Below, one piece after another: positions 51,101 to 64,000 of a stretch of DNA of 64,000 nucleotides; position 1 is the stretch's first letter, and every line of letters begins with the position of its first letter. Made by a program: the position numbers and the translations under genes. This DNA is from Azolla caroliniana. Its lineage: Eukaryota; Plantae; Polypodiophyta. Under the pieces are notes generated by a model. It was not told where the DNA came from, made no database searches, and saw nothing but the letters and a program-made list of their open reading frames with translations. Where the stretch lies: contig JBHGNT010000020.1 of assembly GCA_043228905.1 (NCBI GenBank), forward strand, positions 4,464,001-4,528,000, given 5' to 3'.

Positions 51101-54100
51101 TACCCGCAATTGTTGGGGCGGCCGTGGCTAAAACTGGTGCACATTTAACAAAACTGGAGAAAGAATATAATCACCTTCCGGCGGGGAAAAGCAAAAGTAC
51201 GGGTACCGACACAACCACGGACGGGTACCGGGAAGGAATTAACACCCCTATATGCCGAATGTGTCAATATGCTAGACAGATTAGCAGACGAAGAGGTGGA
51301 TCAATACTTGCAAGATAATCTGAAGATAGTACCCCTATTCGAAATTGACATAGCTGAAGCCGTATCACCATACATACTGCCACCGGACGGAGCAGACGAA
51401 GAACCAAATAAAGAAGCAATCTGGGAGCTACGGCAAGCACAAGAAGCGTTGGAAAGAGAAATGGCCATATCACAATGGGTCAAAGCATCCCAACTAGAGG
51501 AGGTAAATCTAGGAACTACGGAAAAGGCGAGACCGGTGCAGATAGCCAAGGAAATAACTACGGAGAACAAAACGACTATGGTTACACTTCTCAAAGAGTT
51601 TCGGGACGTCTTTGCTTGGTCCTACGAGGATATGAGAGGGCTCGATCCTCAGCTTTATCAACATCAGATACATTTGAGCAAAGACGCCAAACCAGTAGCA
51701 CAACGACTGTACCGGATGAATTCGAACTACGCCGCCAAAGTCAAGGAGGAAATCGACAAGTTATTGAGGGTTGGCTAAGCCCAATAGTAGTCGTACCAAA
51801 GAAAAACGGCAAAATTAGAGTATGAGTCGACTACCGGAAGCTTAATGCGGCGACAGTAACTGATGCATTTCCACTTTCATTTACGGATGGAGTTTTGGAC
51901 GCAGTCGCCGACCATGAGGTATACAGTTTTTTAGACGGATTCAGCGGATACAACCAGATCTGGATGCACTCAGATGACCAGGAGAAAACGACTTTCGTCA
52001 CTGAATGGGGAGTGTTTGTTGCCGTGGTGATGATGTTCGGACTAGAAACGGCGCCGACAACGTTCCAGAGGATCATCATGGAAATATTCGGAGAATTCAT
52101 ACCGGCGTTCATGCAGGTGTTCCTCGACGACTTTGTCGTTTATAGCCGGGAAGGAGACCACCTTCAGCACCTCCGACTGTGTCTAGAAAAGTGTAGGGCT
52201 TACCGGCTAAGCCTGAATCCGGCAAAGTGTGTGTTCGGCGTGTCTAGCGGAACGCTACTGGGGCACATTGTGAGCAAGGAGGGCATCGTCGTGGATCCAG
52301 ACAAAGTAAGAGCAATCCTAGAGGCACTAGCACCAAAAACGACAAAGGCATTGAGCCGTTTCTTAGGCCAAATCCGTTGGCATAGCCGAATGCTCCGGTA
52401 TTTGGCGGACCTAGCTACACCACTGCATGCTGCGGTACACCGAACACCGTTCCAGTGGACCGACACCAAAGACAAGGCGTATTGGGCACTCAAAGTTCTA
52501 TTGTCGCCAGCGCTGGTAGTGCAACCCCCGGATTGGGCGAAGGAATTTCATGTGTTCGTGGATGCGTCCGACATTGCAATCGGGAGTGCGCTGATGCAAC
52601 TTATGGAGCCAAAATGGTACCGACCTGTATATTACGCAAGTCGGAAGTTATCCCAAGCCGAACGAAATTACTCCACCACGGAAAGGGAAGCTTTAGGCAT
52701 GATCTACGGTGTAACAAAATTCAGGCACTATTTATTGGGAAGAAAGTTTTCCTTCGATGTAGATCATTCGGCACTTCTCTACCTAGTGTCCAAAGCGTCA
52801 CTTACCAGTAAGTTGGCCCGATGGACTTTGCTATTACAGGAATTCGAATTTGAGATATTCCACCGACCCGGCATACAACATGCGGTAGCAGATTATTTAA
52901 GCCGGTTAGATTCTGGCGAAAACGGCGACGGAGTACCGAACGAGTTTCCGGATGCTGAGCTATTTCGAGTCACCGCGGAAACGGCAACAGATGAAACGGT
53001 GGCACCAGAAGATAAGTGGCTAACAAATATGCACCAATTTCTGAGCACCGGATTGCCTCCGGAGGAGATGAACTGGGACGAGCGGAAGCGCCTGGCGGTA
53101 CAAAGCTGGAACTTCTGTTGATTACGGGACACACTATACCATAAAGGTGCGGACGGTATATGGCGGCGAGCGGTGCGCAGCGACGAGAAAGAGGTAATAC
53201 TACGAGAAACACACTGTGGAGTTGCCAGAGGCCATTATGCTGGGGATGCTACGACAAGGAAGATATGGCAAAGTGGCCTATGGTGGCCGACTACATTGAA
53301 AGACGCTGTCCGGTAGGCAAAAGAGTGTGATCTATGCCAGCGAATGGGCCAGCCAACGGAACAAGCTAGGATACCGCACCAGCCCGTACTACCGCTCAAA
53401 CCATTTCAGAAATGGGGACTGGATTTTGTCGAACCATTTAAACCACCGGCAATGAGAACTGGCAACCGGTATGTGATTGTCGCGACGGACTACTGCACTA
53501 AATGGGTGGAAGCCAAAGCCCTACGAGACAACACCGCGGCGTCGATGACAAAATTCTTATACGAATGCATTTGGTGCCAGTACAGATGCCCCATAGAGCT
53601 GATAAGCGACCAAGGAGGGCACTTTCTTGGACAAGTAGTGGAGAGTTTGACGTCATTCTATGCGGTAGTACATAAACGGAGCACCCCGTACTACCCACAA
53701 GCCAACGGATTAGCTGAGTCAACAAACAAAATGCTACAGAATATCCTGCGCAAGATCGTCAATGAAAATCGGACAGATTGGGACACGAAGCTGCACAGTG
53801 CGCTCTGGGCTTACCGGACAGCGTACAAAACAAGCATCCGAACAACGTCGTTCCGGTTAGCATTCGGATTAGAGGCAATCATGCCAGTCGAATTCCAGGT
53901 ACCGAGCTTACGGATTCAGATTCGGGAACGACTCAATGAAAAGGAATCGGAGGCAATTTGGTTAAAGGCTCTATGTGAACTAGAAGAACACCGACTGGTG
54001 AGCATCATGCACCTGGAATTGGAACAACGGTGACGGAAAGCGTTTGTAGATCGGCACCGGAAGGGAAACAAAAAGATGTTCGGAATTGGCAAGCTGGTAC

Positions 54101-54600
54101 TAGTGTTCCAGACCCGGATGGGTAAAATGCCAAGCAAACTACGGTTTAGATGGACCGGACCATACTGGATCACACGCGGGTTCAATGGGTCTTACCAGTT
54201 AGGGACACTTGCCGGCGAGGTGCTGGGCAAATGGGTCAACGGATTTAGACTAAAGCCATACCAAGGACCTATGCCCAAGAACCCATTTGAACGAAGGGCC
54301 GCCATTGAATCAGACGTCGGCAAGCCAACCACGACGGCAACCCGTGAGGAAAACGGCTACCACCAAGCCGGCAAGGGGGAGCACGAGCCGGCAACCGGGG
54401 AAAGCATAACGACGGCAAACCGTCAAGAGGCCGGCAAGGTGCGCGTTTCGGGTAAGGGTCCGATAGGACCGGAGAAAAATTAACCACACAATTAATTTTA
54501 TTAAAAAAAAAAAGAAAAAAGAAAAAAGAAAAAAGAAAAAATCGAATGGAATCAAATAAATCATGAAAAGGAGTGGTGGAAACGGCCATGCAAACGAGGA
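48164..54600 (+). mobile_element. Degenerate Gypsy Z (non-chromovirus): 5' LTR 48164-48560, gag with 3 CCHC motifs, PR, RT, RH, INT; 3' end missing
   Basis: VIDGGSDVN, FLDGFSGYNQI, VFLDD, VDASDIAIG, WGLDFV, ISDQG, NGLAESTN, WTGPY; several stops and frameshifts. Confidence 0.92.
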
Positions 54601-54611
54601 GTAAAGAGGCA

Positions 54612-55258
54612 CGTCGAAAAGATTGTTCACAACAAGCTCTATTGTTTAGTCGATTGGTTAGGATATAATCCCAACGAGCGTACTTGGGAACCAATAGAGA
54701 ATGTAACCAAATGCTCGTGCTCTCTTGAAGACTTCCATCGTCAATATCTAGAAAAACCGGTTCCTCAATCCAAAATGACTTGTGACACTCGTTGTTTTAA
54801 AGGGGGGATAGTGTCATGATATGGCAAAACTTGAACCCATGACCTTATGTTACATGGGTCGAGCTCTTGACCATTAGACTATTCGTTGTAATACAAAAAA
54901 TATTATTTTCATTTAAGTTTTACTATAGAAAATTCATGTATATTCCAGATTTCTCTGGAACATTCTAGAAACTTCAAGAGTACTCTTGAGAACACTATAA
55001 AAGGAGGCACAAAGAATTATTTCGAACCAAATCGTCCAACGCCAGTCTTAAGCCTCCTAGCTAGTATTGTATATTCTCTTAACACAATATATATCTTCTA
55101 TTACCATCATTCTCTCTCTCTCTCACTCTCTCTCTCTTTCCTTCTCTGGAGAGTTCTACACCTCCCTTAGTACTAATCCTCATCTTTTAGTACTAATTCA
55201 TTCTCTGTCTTAGTACTGTTCCTAATAGTACTTCTCTGTCTTAGTACTGCTCCTGACA
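54612..55258 (+). mobile_element. Tcn1-like chromovirus 3' end: chromodomain remnant, PPT, LTR 54812-55258
   Basis: LYCLVDWLGYNPNERTWEPIENV; PPT aaaggggggatag; TGTCA..TGACA. Confidence 0.82.
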
Positions 55259-55299
55259 CTGGTTGGGTTTGTCGGTTTTGGTTCGGTTGCTGTTTCGAT

Positions 55300-57636
55300 T
55301 GTCTTTCCCAGCTCCGATTCACTCACTCAGGTTCCGGGCCTCCTTCTGCATGGTTGGTCGGGGGATGGCTGTCGAGGGGCTCCTCACACGGTTTTTCTTC
55401 CGTCATGGCCTCGGTGGGTTCCGGGCGCATCTCCGATGGCAAATTCGGCATCCAGGTGACTTCCAGAATTTGGACTTCTGATCTAACATGGTCTTTTGTT
55501 GTGTGCTCGCCAGAGTCTCTATCGGAAAGCACGGTGGTTTTTGACCCTTTCCCTTGCTCCGCCTGTTTCTATTTGTTCTCGTATGCCTGGAGTTCGAGTG
55601 AGGTTTTGATCTAACTATCGCCGAACACCTTGAACAACTGCGTGATTTGTTCGGAGTGGCGGTTGGCCAGGCTTTGATAGTCTTGCACAAGGTCTACGCA
55701 GACCATTGTGATGCTTTCTTTGTTTAGTTTATAAAAGCCCTTACCACCTTTCTACAGATTCTCCTAGTCAACCCGGTAGGTATGGAGCTCTGTTGTCTGG
55801 TTTGCCCATTGGGCCCAGCCCTGGTCTAGTGCTTGTTTGAGTTGGTGGTTGAATCTCTCCATGTTTTTCGTTAGTAGGACTTTGATTCTCTTGGTGTTCA
55901 TCTCGGTTTTCATTTGCATTTCGTGGATGACCATCTTAAGATTGTTTATTTTGCTGGTGTTGGAGGTTGCTTGCGTTTGGTACCATGATTTTATCTCCTG
56001 CAAGAGCTTCGACTCTTTCTCGTGCAATACTTCTAGGTAGCCCATTTCCTTATTCAATCATTCTTCGACCTCTCTTCTCATCTGGCACTCAATTTCGATC
56101 TGTTCATCATATCATTGGCGCTTCTTTTGCGTGGCCTCACACAATGCTTCCGTCTGTTTGTTGAGCGCTTCGATTGTTTGGTTGTGGGCCGTAATTTTGG
56201 CGTCCAACTTGTCTTGGATCGCTTTCATGCCCTTCCTCTCCTTTGCTCGGACATCCGTCCCCCAATATGATGATTGTCGGAGTTCGGGGCAGAGTCGCAC
56301 TATCTCCATCTCGGCGAGGTCTGCCACTCTTTTCGCTTTTGCTGCTATCACCGTGCGCTTCAACCTCCTCGTTGAGTCTTTGCATTTCGGGTGTGGGGGA
56401 GGTTGCGGTGTTGGTTGAGGCTGTTGCTTCTGTAGTCGGTGCTCCAAGTCCGCGATCGTCTTCTTTGCCTCTTCAAGTTGTTGGTTCGTGTACTTTTCAG
56501 CTTCTTTGCGGTCTTGTTTTTGCAGACCATATCCTTGGCTCCGACCCACACTGTGGCTAACTCCCTGTGGACCTCGACTAAGGTGGTATTCAATGGAGGA
56601 AGCTCGATTCGAACATAGCCTTCATCCGCGTTCCTCATACGTCCAATTTTGCCCAAGCCGCGTTCATCTTCTGTCTCTACTACTCCTGTGAGGGCTCGCT
56701 TAATCATTTGTCTTTCCACATGTTCCTTGGCCATGCATTGAGAGAATTTTATTTGTTGTAGTGCCAAGAACTCCATGATTTTGAATGATGTGCTGAATTG
56801 TAATCGTAACAGGGTTGTGAACTCATGGGCTATGGCTGGCATCTCTGGGTAGGCCATCATGACATTGTCTAACGTAGGGATGCCTTTGCTTCTTTCCATA
56901 TTCCTGGTCAGGGTTGATTGAGACTGTGGAATTTCTTTGAAGACCTGAGTGGGCTCCATCTCGGCCAATACTTCAACGGTAGGTTGAGGTGCCACGTTTT
57001 TTGCCAAATCTGATCGTCCTTCCGATCCAGGCGACAATGTTTGGGTTTAGGGATGGTCAATCATTCGTCCATTTCCTGGTCCGTGGTGTGTACTAATTGT
57101 TGCCTGTTCCGGGTGTCACGGCCTCCGGTGCATGGGTGTTTCCTTCCTCTTCCCATTTCATGGTCATGAGGTTTTCGAGACGCCGCTTCTACTGACGGGG
57201 AGCTTGCGCTAGCCGGGACGAGCTTGGAGCTGGTAGGGCCGGTGGGGGGAACAATATTGTGAAATATTGTTGGATGATGGGGTGGAGCTTCTTACCGGCC
57301 TGGAAGGTGTGGAGGCCTTCGTGCAAAGATGACTCCATAGTCGACGGTGTGGCCCTCGAAGGTTGATATGATGATTCTGACCTTCTATTTGGGCATCTCG
57401 TAGATGTTCGGGTGCACACAACTAACTTCCAGCAGAAACTTGGCAATCTCGCGGAAGAAAGGATCAGGGGCATCCCTCGTCCTGTACGCCTTGGAAAAGA
57501 GTGAATATTCACCAAAATGCGGTTTGAGGACGTCTGTGGGAGGGATCTCGAAGTGGCGTTGCCCTATGGAGCTTAGGCCCAACTTTTTCGGAATCATGGT
57601 GTTTGTGATAGTGTCCACATTGATCTGTGTCGCCAT
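55300..57636 (-). pseudogene. Fragmented extra ORF of a Gypsy element (transposon-protein-like N-terminus plus coiled-coil-like region)
   Basis: Chain of minus-strand ORFs 57636->55323 with E/K/Q-rich segments; TATA-like tatatttaa and an A-rich tract upstream. Confidence 0.6.
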
Positions 57637-57999
57637 TTCGTGGGAGTTGGGGTGGGGTGGCGCTTCAGCTACTCTAGTGTACCCGACAAGTCCGTGGTCA
57701 TGGAGTCACCGTCGCAGAGCAAGGGAGATGTCAATAGGCACGAAATTTCTTTGATTACTTGTTTGTGAGGTGGGAATGTTCGTGTTAAGACTCTGTGAGC
57801 CATGTTGTCCAAGCGTGCGAATGTAGGGGGTACTTGCTTTCTCTAGTTTGTGTGCGTGAATGCAAAACCTTAAATATATAGCTCTGAGTGCCTTTTTCTT
57901 TTTCTTTTTCTTGTTTTTCTTGTTTTCTTTCATAGGTAATGGTAATGGCTGTTAATATTTTACATTAATATTAAAATATTAAACAATTGGGTTCGTATT

Positions 58000-58390
58000 T
58001 GTTACCCCGTACGAGATGTACGGAGAGTCAAGTGTGATGAGCGAGGGTCGAATGTTATCATAATGTTGTTGTGTATGTGTAGGGGGCATAAATGTAATTG
58101 TGAGTCGATACGTATGTGAACACATGCACACGTGTGTGCATGTGGATGGATACGAGGAGGTATGAGTGAGTGTCCAGTATGAATGCTCTAGGGGGCTTAC
58201 ACCCCTTTGTATCTACCCCCTCTTGTACTATTTAACCCCCTTATGGGGAATGAATGAAAAGGAGGAATCATTTCTCTCTCTCTCTCTCTCTCTCTCTCTT
58301 GTCATCTCTCTTCCTATCTCTCTCCCTCGACGTTGAACCCCCTTGGGAGGGGGGTGGAGCCATTCTAGGCACCACCCCCCACCCCACAAT
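58000..58390 (+). mobile_element. LTR related to the element Y LTRs
   Basis: TGTTACCCCGTA..ccccttatgggg..ccccttgggagggggtggagccattctagg shared with the reverse complement of 37071-37380; no TSD. Confidence 0.7.
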
Positions 58391-58536
58391 GCTTCTCAAC
58401 GATTCTCAACATCTTCATGCCAATCTCTCTTACCATCATACTCTCCATTATCTTTGCTATTACGCCATGTCTATCTTTGTCATTGATAATCATCATCGTC
58501 CTTAACCCTAGCCCTAAAACGTACAACAATATTAAT

Positions 58537-59316
58537 TGACAGGAACTACATGCTCCCGATGAACAACGCTCGGCCACAACCGAGCCTAGAATAAAACACA
58601 AAAAAAAAAACAGGGAATGAAACACAAACATTATAGAGAGAAGAGTACACAGGATGTTTACGTGGAAAACCCAAACTCGGGAAAAACCACGGCAGTCCAC
58701 AGACCGCAAACTATCACTATGTCAGAATGTACAATAAGAAAGCACCGAGACCACGACCTCGAGCTTGCTATCTTCGCCACAGGTGGCGGTTACAATCAGA
58801 GGCAACAACCTCTTTCTCTTTCTCTCTCTCTCTCTCTGTACACAGTTACGCGCTCTGATCTTGCGCCAACAAGAATGACAACAACTACACCCTAAGTTTG
58901 CCCTAAGTCATATTTATACTAATATGACTTTTCGGCTGTTTACAAATATAGCCCTGATGGACTCTCAGAAAACATATTTACGAATATGTCCCTTCATCCG
59001 GTGAGCACTTCTCACTGGGCCTTCATCATCCGGCTCTTGCCGGGTACTCCTCATCCGGTTCTCACCGGGTCTTCCGTAGCCGGGTACTCCTCATCCGGTT
59101 CGCACCGGATCTTCCGTAGCCGGGTACTCCTCATCCGACACTTGCCGGGTACACCACATCTGGTTCTCACCGGGTCCTCTGTAGCAGGGTACTCTTCATC
59201 CGGTTCTCACCGGGTCTTCCGTAACCGGGTACTCTTCATTCGGTTTCGGCCTCGGCCGAGATTCTCATCAGCATTGTTCTTCTCACTTCCCATCCAGAGG
59301 GACCTGTTTCCTAACA
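58537..59316 (-). mobile_element. Solo LTR of Copia family A with expanded ~40-bp U3 repeats
   Basis: Perfect TSD TTAAT; ccgggtactcctcatccggttctcaccgggtcttccgtag repeats at ~59040-59240. Confidence 0.93.
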
Positions 59317-59321
59317 TTAAT

Positions 59322-60960
59322 GGTGGGTGGGTCCACTGCTCGAGATTGATTGAGCAAGGAGTGGGCCGACATTTCCATTCGTCAATTTCGTCGATTTGGA
59401 GGTGTGGGTCCCACGTAGGGTTTATTTTGGATTCTGTTGACCTTTTGTTGCTGAATTTCCTCGGCAAGGGTTCCGAGCTCGAAGGTGCCATTTTTTACGT
59501 CCATTATCCAATATGGCCCTGTCCACCGGAATCGGAGTTTGCCCATCATTTTCGTCATGCGTGTTTGGAACACGAGTACAACCTTTACGATTTTGAATGT
59601 TTTCTTGTTACCCCCTCGATGTCGGTCGACAAATGCTTTGCGACGACATTGTTCCTATTCCAAAAACGCCATGCTTTGTACCCTGATAGTTGTTGTAGTC
59701 GCAGCTGTTCCGACTGACTTTCAGGAAGGCGCTCATGGATCTGTATTCTGAGACTCGAAATCTGGAATTCGACCGGCATTACCGCTTTGTGGCCAAAGGC
59801 TAGCCTGAATGGAGTGGATTGGATGCTTGTTTTAAAGCTTGAAGTTTCGTATCCCAGTCGGTGTAGTTTTCGTTGAATATCTTCCTTAGAATGTTGTGTA
59901 GTGTTTTGTTCATCGATTCCGTGAGCCCATTTGCCTGAGGATAATACGGGGTCTTCTTTTTGTGAATTACGACATAGTGGTCAGTGAGTCCGTGTACAAC
60001 CTTATTGAGGAAATGGCCCCCTTGATCACTTATGAGTTCGATGGGACATCCGAACCGGCACCAGATGTTCTCGTAAAGGAATTTCGCTATGAACGGTGCG
60101 TTGTCCCGTAAGGCTTTGGCCTCGATCCACTTCGTGCAATAGTCCGTTGCGACCAAGATGTATCTCTTTCCTGTGTGTGCCGCGGCTAGGGTGATGGGCC
60201 GACGAAATCCAGGCCCCATTTTTTAAATGGCTCCAATGGGAGAACGGGTGGATGAGGCATACAAGCTCATTCTATGGGTTGTCCCATCCGATGGCATAAA
60301 TTGCACTATCTGTAGTACATATGGGCGTCTTTTTGTGTGGTTGACCACCAGAGGCTACTCTGCCATATTTTCCGGGCGGTGACATCGCCAACGTAATGTC
60401 CCCTGGCTATCCTACAGTGCGCTTCCCGTAACACGACTTCCTTTTCGTTGCGCCGAACATAGCGCCGCCAATGCTTCCTTTATGATATAATGTTCTCTCT
60501 AACAGGCAAAAATTTCTAATGCGGATCTCCAACCACTTCTTCTCATTCGTTCACATCTGTGGGTGCAGTAAGCCGGTGCTCAGGAAATGGCTCATATCCA
60601 CGAGCCATTTGTCTTCCAACGACGACTTCTCTGTTTCGGCCTCGCTTGCCGAAATGCTTAGGATTCCACTATCCAGGAAGTCGTCATCACCCTCTATAGC
60701 TTCTCCATTTTCGATGTGGCTTAGATAATCTGCGATTGCGTGCTGAGCACCTTGCCGATGCTGAACCTCAAATTCGAATTCTTATAGTAACAACATTCAT
60801 CGAGCCAGCTTACTTGTGAGGGACTGTTTCGAGACTAGATACAAGAGGGCCGCATGATCCACGTGGAAGATGAACTTTCGGCCCAGTAGGTAGTGATGGA
60901 ATTTATTGATACTATATGTCATACCCAAGGCTTGTCGCTCGGTCGTGGAGTAATTACAGG
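59322..60960 (-). pseudogene. Degenerate Gypsy Z-family RNase H-integrase, inverted relative to 52500-54300
   Basis: YILVATDYCTKWIEAKAL, ISDQGGHF, LRFRWTGPYWI. Confidence 0.9.
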
Positions 60961-60989
60961 TGGTATTCAAAACTACAATCGAAATAGGT

Positions 60990-61126
60990 GGTATTTTGAC
61001 TACCAAAGTTCAGTGGCCGAAAAGGGCCATGTATGTAAAGGTTTCCAGCTCAAGAAGCAACATAGGCTTCCGTTTCCAAGTGACAAGAATCGGAGTCAGT
61101 ATCTGCTCGATCTAATTCACAAGGAT
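60990..61126 (+). pseudogene. Copia GAG-pre-integrase / INT fragment (target of the next insertion)
   Basis: HVCKGFQLKKQHRLPFP..LLDLIH. Confidence 0.7.
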
Positions 61127-64000
61127 TGTTGAGATACAAGCTCAACATTGGGTGCGTAAACCAGTGCGTAGACTGGGCGCATAACTAGGTGCTCAACGAG
61201 AGGCCGTAGCGGTGCGTAAATCGGGATGTCGTTCGGCAGATATTCCGTAGAGGAATATATTTTGGGAGTGTAAAGGCTCATTGATGAGCATTGAAGTACA
61301 TGTTAGTACTTCTGTCAGTCCGTATGGACTTGTATAAAAGTGCTCTGATACCATGGAAAAGAATACCTAAGGAAGCTTAACAGACACAACCAGGTAGCAA
61401 CAGATGAACAACAAGGAAGGTTTAATGGAAAGCTTGCTTAACACAGCATACACGGGAGAGACAGAGAGAGAGAGAGAGCAAGAACAGAAAACTTAATTCC
61501 AAAAAAACAGTCTAAAACTCTGTACATAGTGACCGCGAAGCTAACTCAGATGAAGAATTCGATTTTGGGTTGGCTGAAGTAGCCAAAGGCAAAAACAAGG
61601 GCAACAATCGAAAGGAAGAGACGGAGTCAGCTGAACAAGGGGTGTTACCCGGACGACAAATGAGCTAAGGACGGGAAAGACCAGGGTGTGAAAAGGGGAA
61701 TTGTTATTTGGGCATCTGTTGAAATTACTAGTCTTACTATATATATTAATATATGAGAAGATGTGGATGGACGGACCGGAATCGGTATGCCGATCCGGAT
61801 CCGGACCGATTCCAAATAGGTGTCGGTTGGCACCGTTTTGTACTTCGCACCGGTGACCTATATAAAGGCCCGGTTACAATGTAGTCATTAACGGAGAGTA
61901 ATATAAACCTTTTGTTTAATCATTGAGTATTGTTCACCGTTTTGTGCTTATTGTATATCTTACGCGTGTTAATGACGTATTGCTAAGTAACCGATTAAGG
62001 TCCAATTAAGCGTTGTGTCGTAAGTTATCTCGCCGTAACACCCTTTGGTGAAGTGTCTTAAGTGCACACCCTGTGTTAGGCCGTTGTCCGGCCCTAAGGA
62101 TTAACACAGTTTTTGGCGACCACGATTCCTGCACAATCGCAGTGAACAGTGGCGGGAATGGATGACTAGGCCAACAGACGACCCGGTTACGGAGAGAGCA
62201 TGAAGACTTGCTGAACGGCGAAGGCGGCGAGAGGCTTTCCAGCAAGTGGCAGAAGAAATCCGATCGGATCAATCGTTTTCCAAAGTTATCCGGAAAGTGG
62301 TGGAGGAGTCGCTCCGTCTGCAACAAAACACCTACTCGGACGAAGGAAGCAGCTTAAGCAGTCTCCAGGAAGCGGAATCCCTTCTCCAGGCCTTGGCTGA
62401 AGCATTTTCGACGCTGGAATCGGATTCGGAAGGGGGTTACAGTGCGCACACGAACTATCGCAACAGTAACGACACCCCAGGAGGACCGGAGGACGAGGAG
62501 TCGGATACATTACCAACACCGGAACCAGAATTGTCAGACCGGGAACCTCCGACACTAGACGTGGAGCAACCTCCGGAGACGGAAGAGGACAAAGAAAGAC
62601 CTCTGACTTTGACAGAGGACCAGTAACGACCTCCGACAGAAGAGCAGGAAAGACCACCGACACCGCCAACCTGCACACCGACATCGGACGACGACATGCC
62701 GTTCTAGTACCCCAAGTATAGGGATGACCCGGACGCGGAGGCTCATGTTCACGCTTTTCAACAAACATGGGAGGCAAACCATGTGTCACAACGGTTAACC
62801 ACAGCCGAAGAGGAACAATCTAAGATAGCCGAAGTCGGCGTGACATTGGAAGGATCGGCCGCCAGATGGCACCGGACGCAGGACCCCAGCACCATCACGA
62901 CCTTTGCGGACCTGAAAGCTAAATTCTTGCACTTCTTTCAAAAGGAGGTGGACCAGAGAGAAATGGTGGGCCTATTTTATACCATCCGACAGGACCCTGG
63001 GGAGAGCATTCCGCAATTTGTCATCCAGTTTCAACGGATGAACAATCAGCTTACCCGACCACCTCCGGAGGAAGAAACACAGGCGATATTCTTAGCCGCA
63101 CTCTGGGAACCTCTACGTACGGTATGCACGGTCATCGACTTTCGCACAAGTACCATCGACCAGGTCATCGACCGGGTTAGAGAAATGGAGAAAACAAGCT
63201 CTTGGCTAACAATGAGAGCACTCCAACGAGCGTTACCAACCGATGAGGATCTCGGGTTTCGACAGGCCATTCAATGCACCACATGCCTAAATGCCGGACA
63301 CTGAGCACTAGAATGTACCATGCGGTCGCAATGTCTACTGTGCCATTCCAGGAACCACACAATGGAACAGTGCTGGGAAGATCCGGAAGAGCTGGGAAAA
63401 CCCCAAGTTCAGCTTGAGGGGGAGTGTGTAGATACAAACTCAACATTGGGTGAGTAAACCAGTGCGTAGACTGAGTGTGTAAACCAGGTGCGCAGCAAGA
63501 GGCCCTAGCGATGCGTAAACTGGGACGTCGTTGGACAGATATTCCGTAGAGGAATATATTTTGGGAGTGTAAAGAGTCATTGATGAGAATTGAAGTACAT
63601 GTCAATACTTATGTTAGTCCGTATGGACTTGTATAAATGTGCTCTGATACCATGGAAAAGAATACCTAGGGAAGCTTAACAGACACAACCAGGTAGCAAC
63701 AGATGAACAACAAGGAAGGTTTAATGGAAAGCTTGCTTAACACAACATACACGGGAGAGACAGAGAGATAGAGAGCAAGAACAGAAAACTTAATTCCAAA
63801 ACAACAGTCTAAAACTCTGTACATAGTGACCGCGAAGCTAACTCAGATGAAGAATTCGATTTCGGGTTGGCTGAAGTAGCCAAAGGCAGAAACAAGGGCA
63901 ACAATCGAAAGGAAGAGACGGAGTCAGCTGAACAAGGGGTGTTACCCGACCGACAAATGAGCTAAGGACGGGAAAGACTAGGGTGTGAAAAGGGGAATTA
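61127..64000 (+). mobile_element. Chimeric Copia/Gypsy unit (Copia U3 + inverted R-U5-PBS + Gypsy Z LTR 61643-62040 + gag fragment + Copia PPT), repeating from 63425
   Basis: 61127-~61700 matches 63425-64000 (period about 2298); PPT gcttgagggggag directly before 63425. Confidence 0.82.

Noticed and set aside
48164-62040. 48164-48560 and 61643-62040 as the LTR pair of one element
   Set aside because: Both are followed by the same leader and gag, so both are 5' LTRs of separate copies.

Overview
Eukaryotic land-plant DNA, probably from a non-seed plant such as a fern (inferred from the TE lineages, not proven). A gene island of about 10 kb (~9-19 kb) holds two convergent intron-containing genes: a dynein light chain type-1 family gene with a long microsatellite-encoded N-terminus (+), and a complete 4-exon ELF1/ELOF1 gene (-) that the ORF track misses. 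The rest is nested Ty1/Copia, Ty3/Gypsy and LINE material, with many boundaries confirmed by TG..CA ends, PBS/PPT and target-site duplications (TSDs). The five most unusual observations are: (1) a 2.9 kb non-autonomous LTR element with a tRNA-Arg-like PBS at both inner ends and no PPT; (2) a non-autonomous family with an antisense tRNA-like A/B-box module in its LTRs, a candidate Tf1-type self-priming site and a 48-bp stem-loop array; (3) a very young GC-rich Gypsy with identical LTRs, tRNA-Trp PBS, 4-bp TSD, DHG protease and a -1 frameshift signal after the protease; (4) a duplicated Copia/Gypsy chimeric unit with an intra-LTR inversion; (5) an RTEX-like LINE fragment. All family assignments come from recognising motifs by eye; no searches were run.
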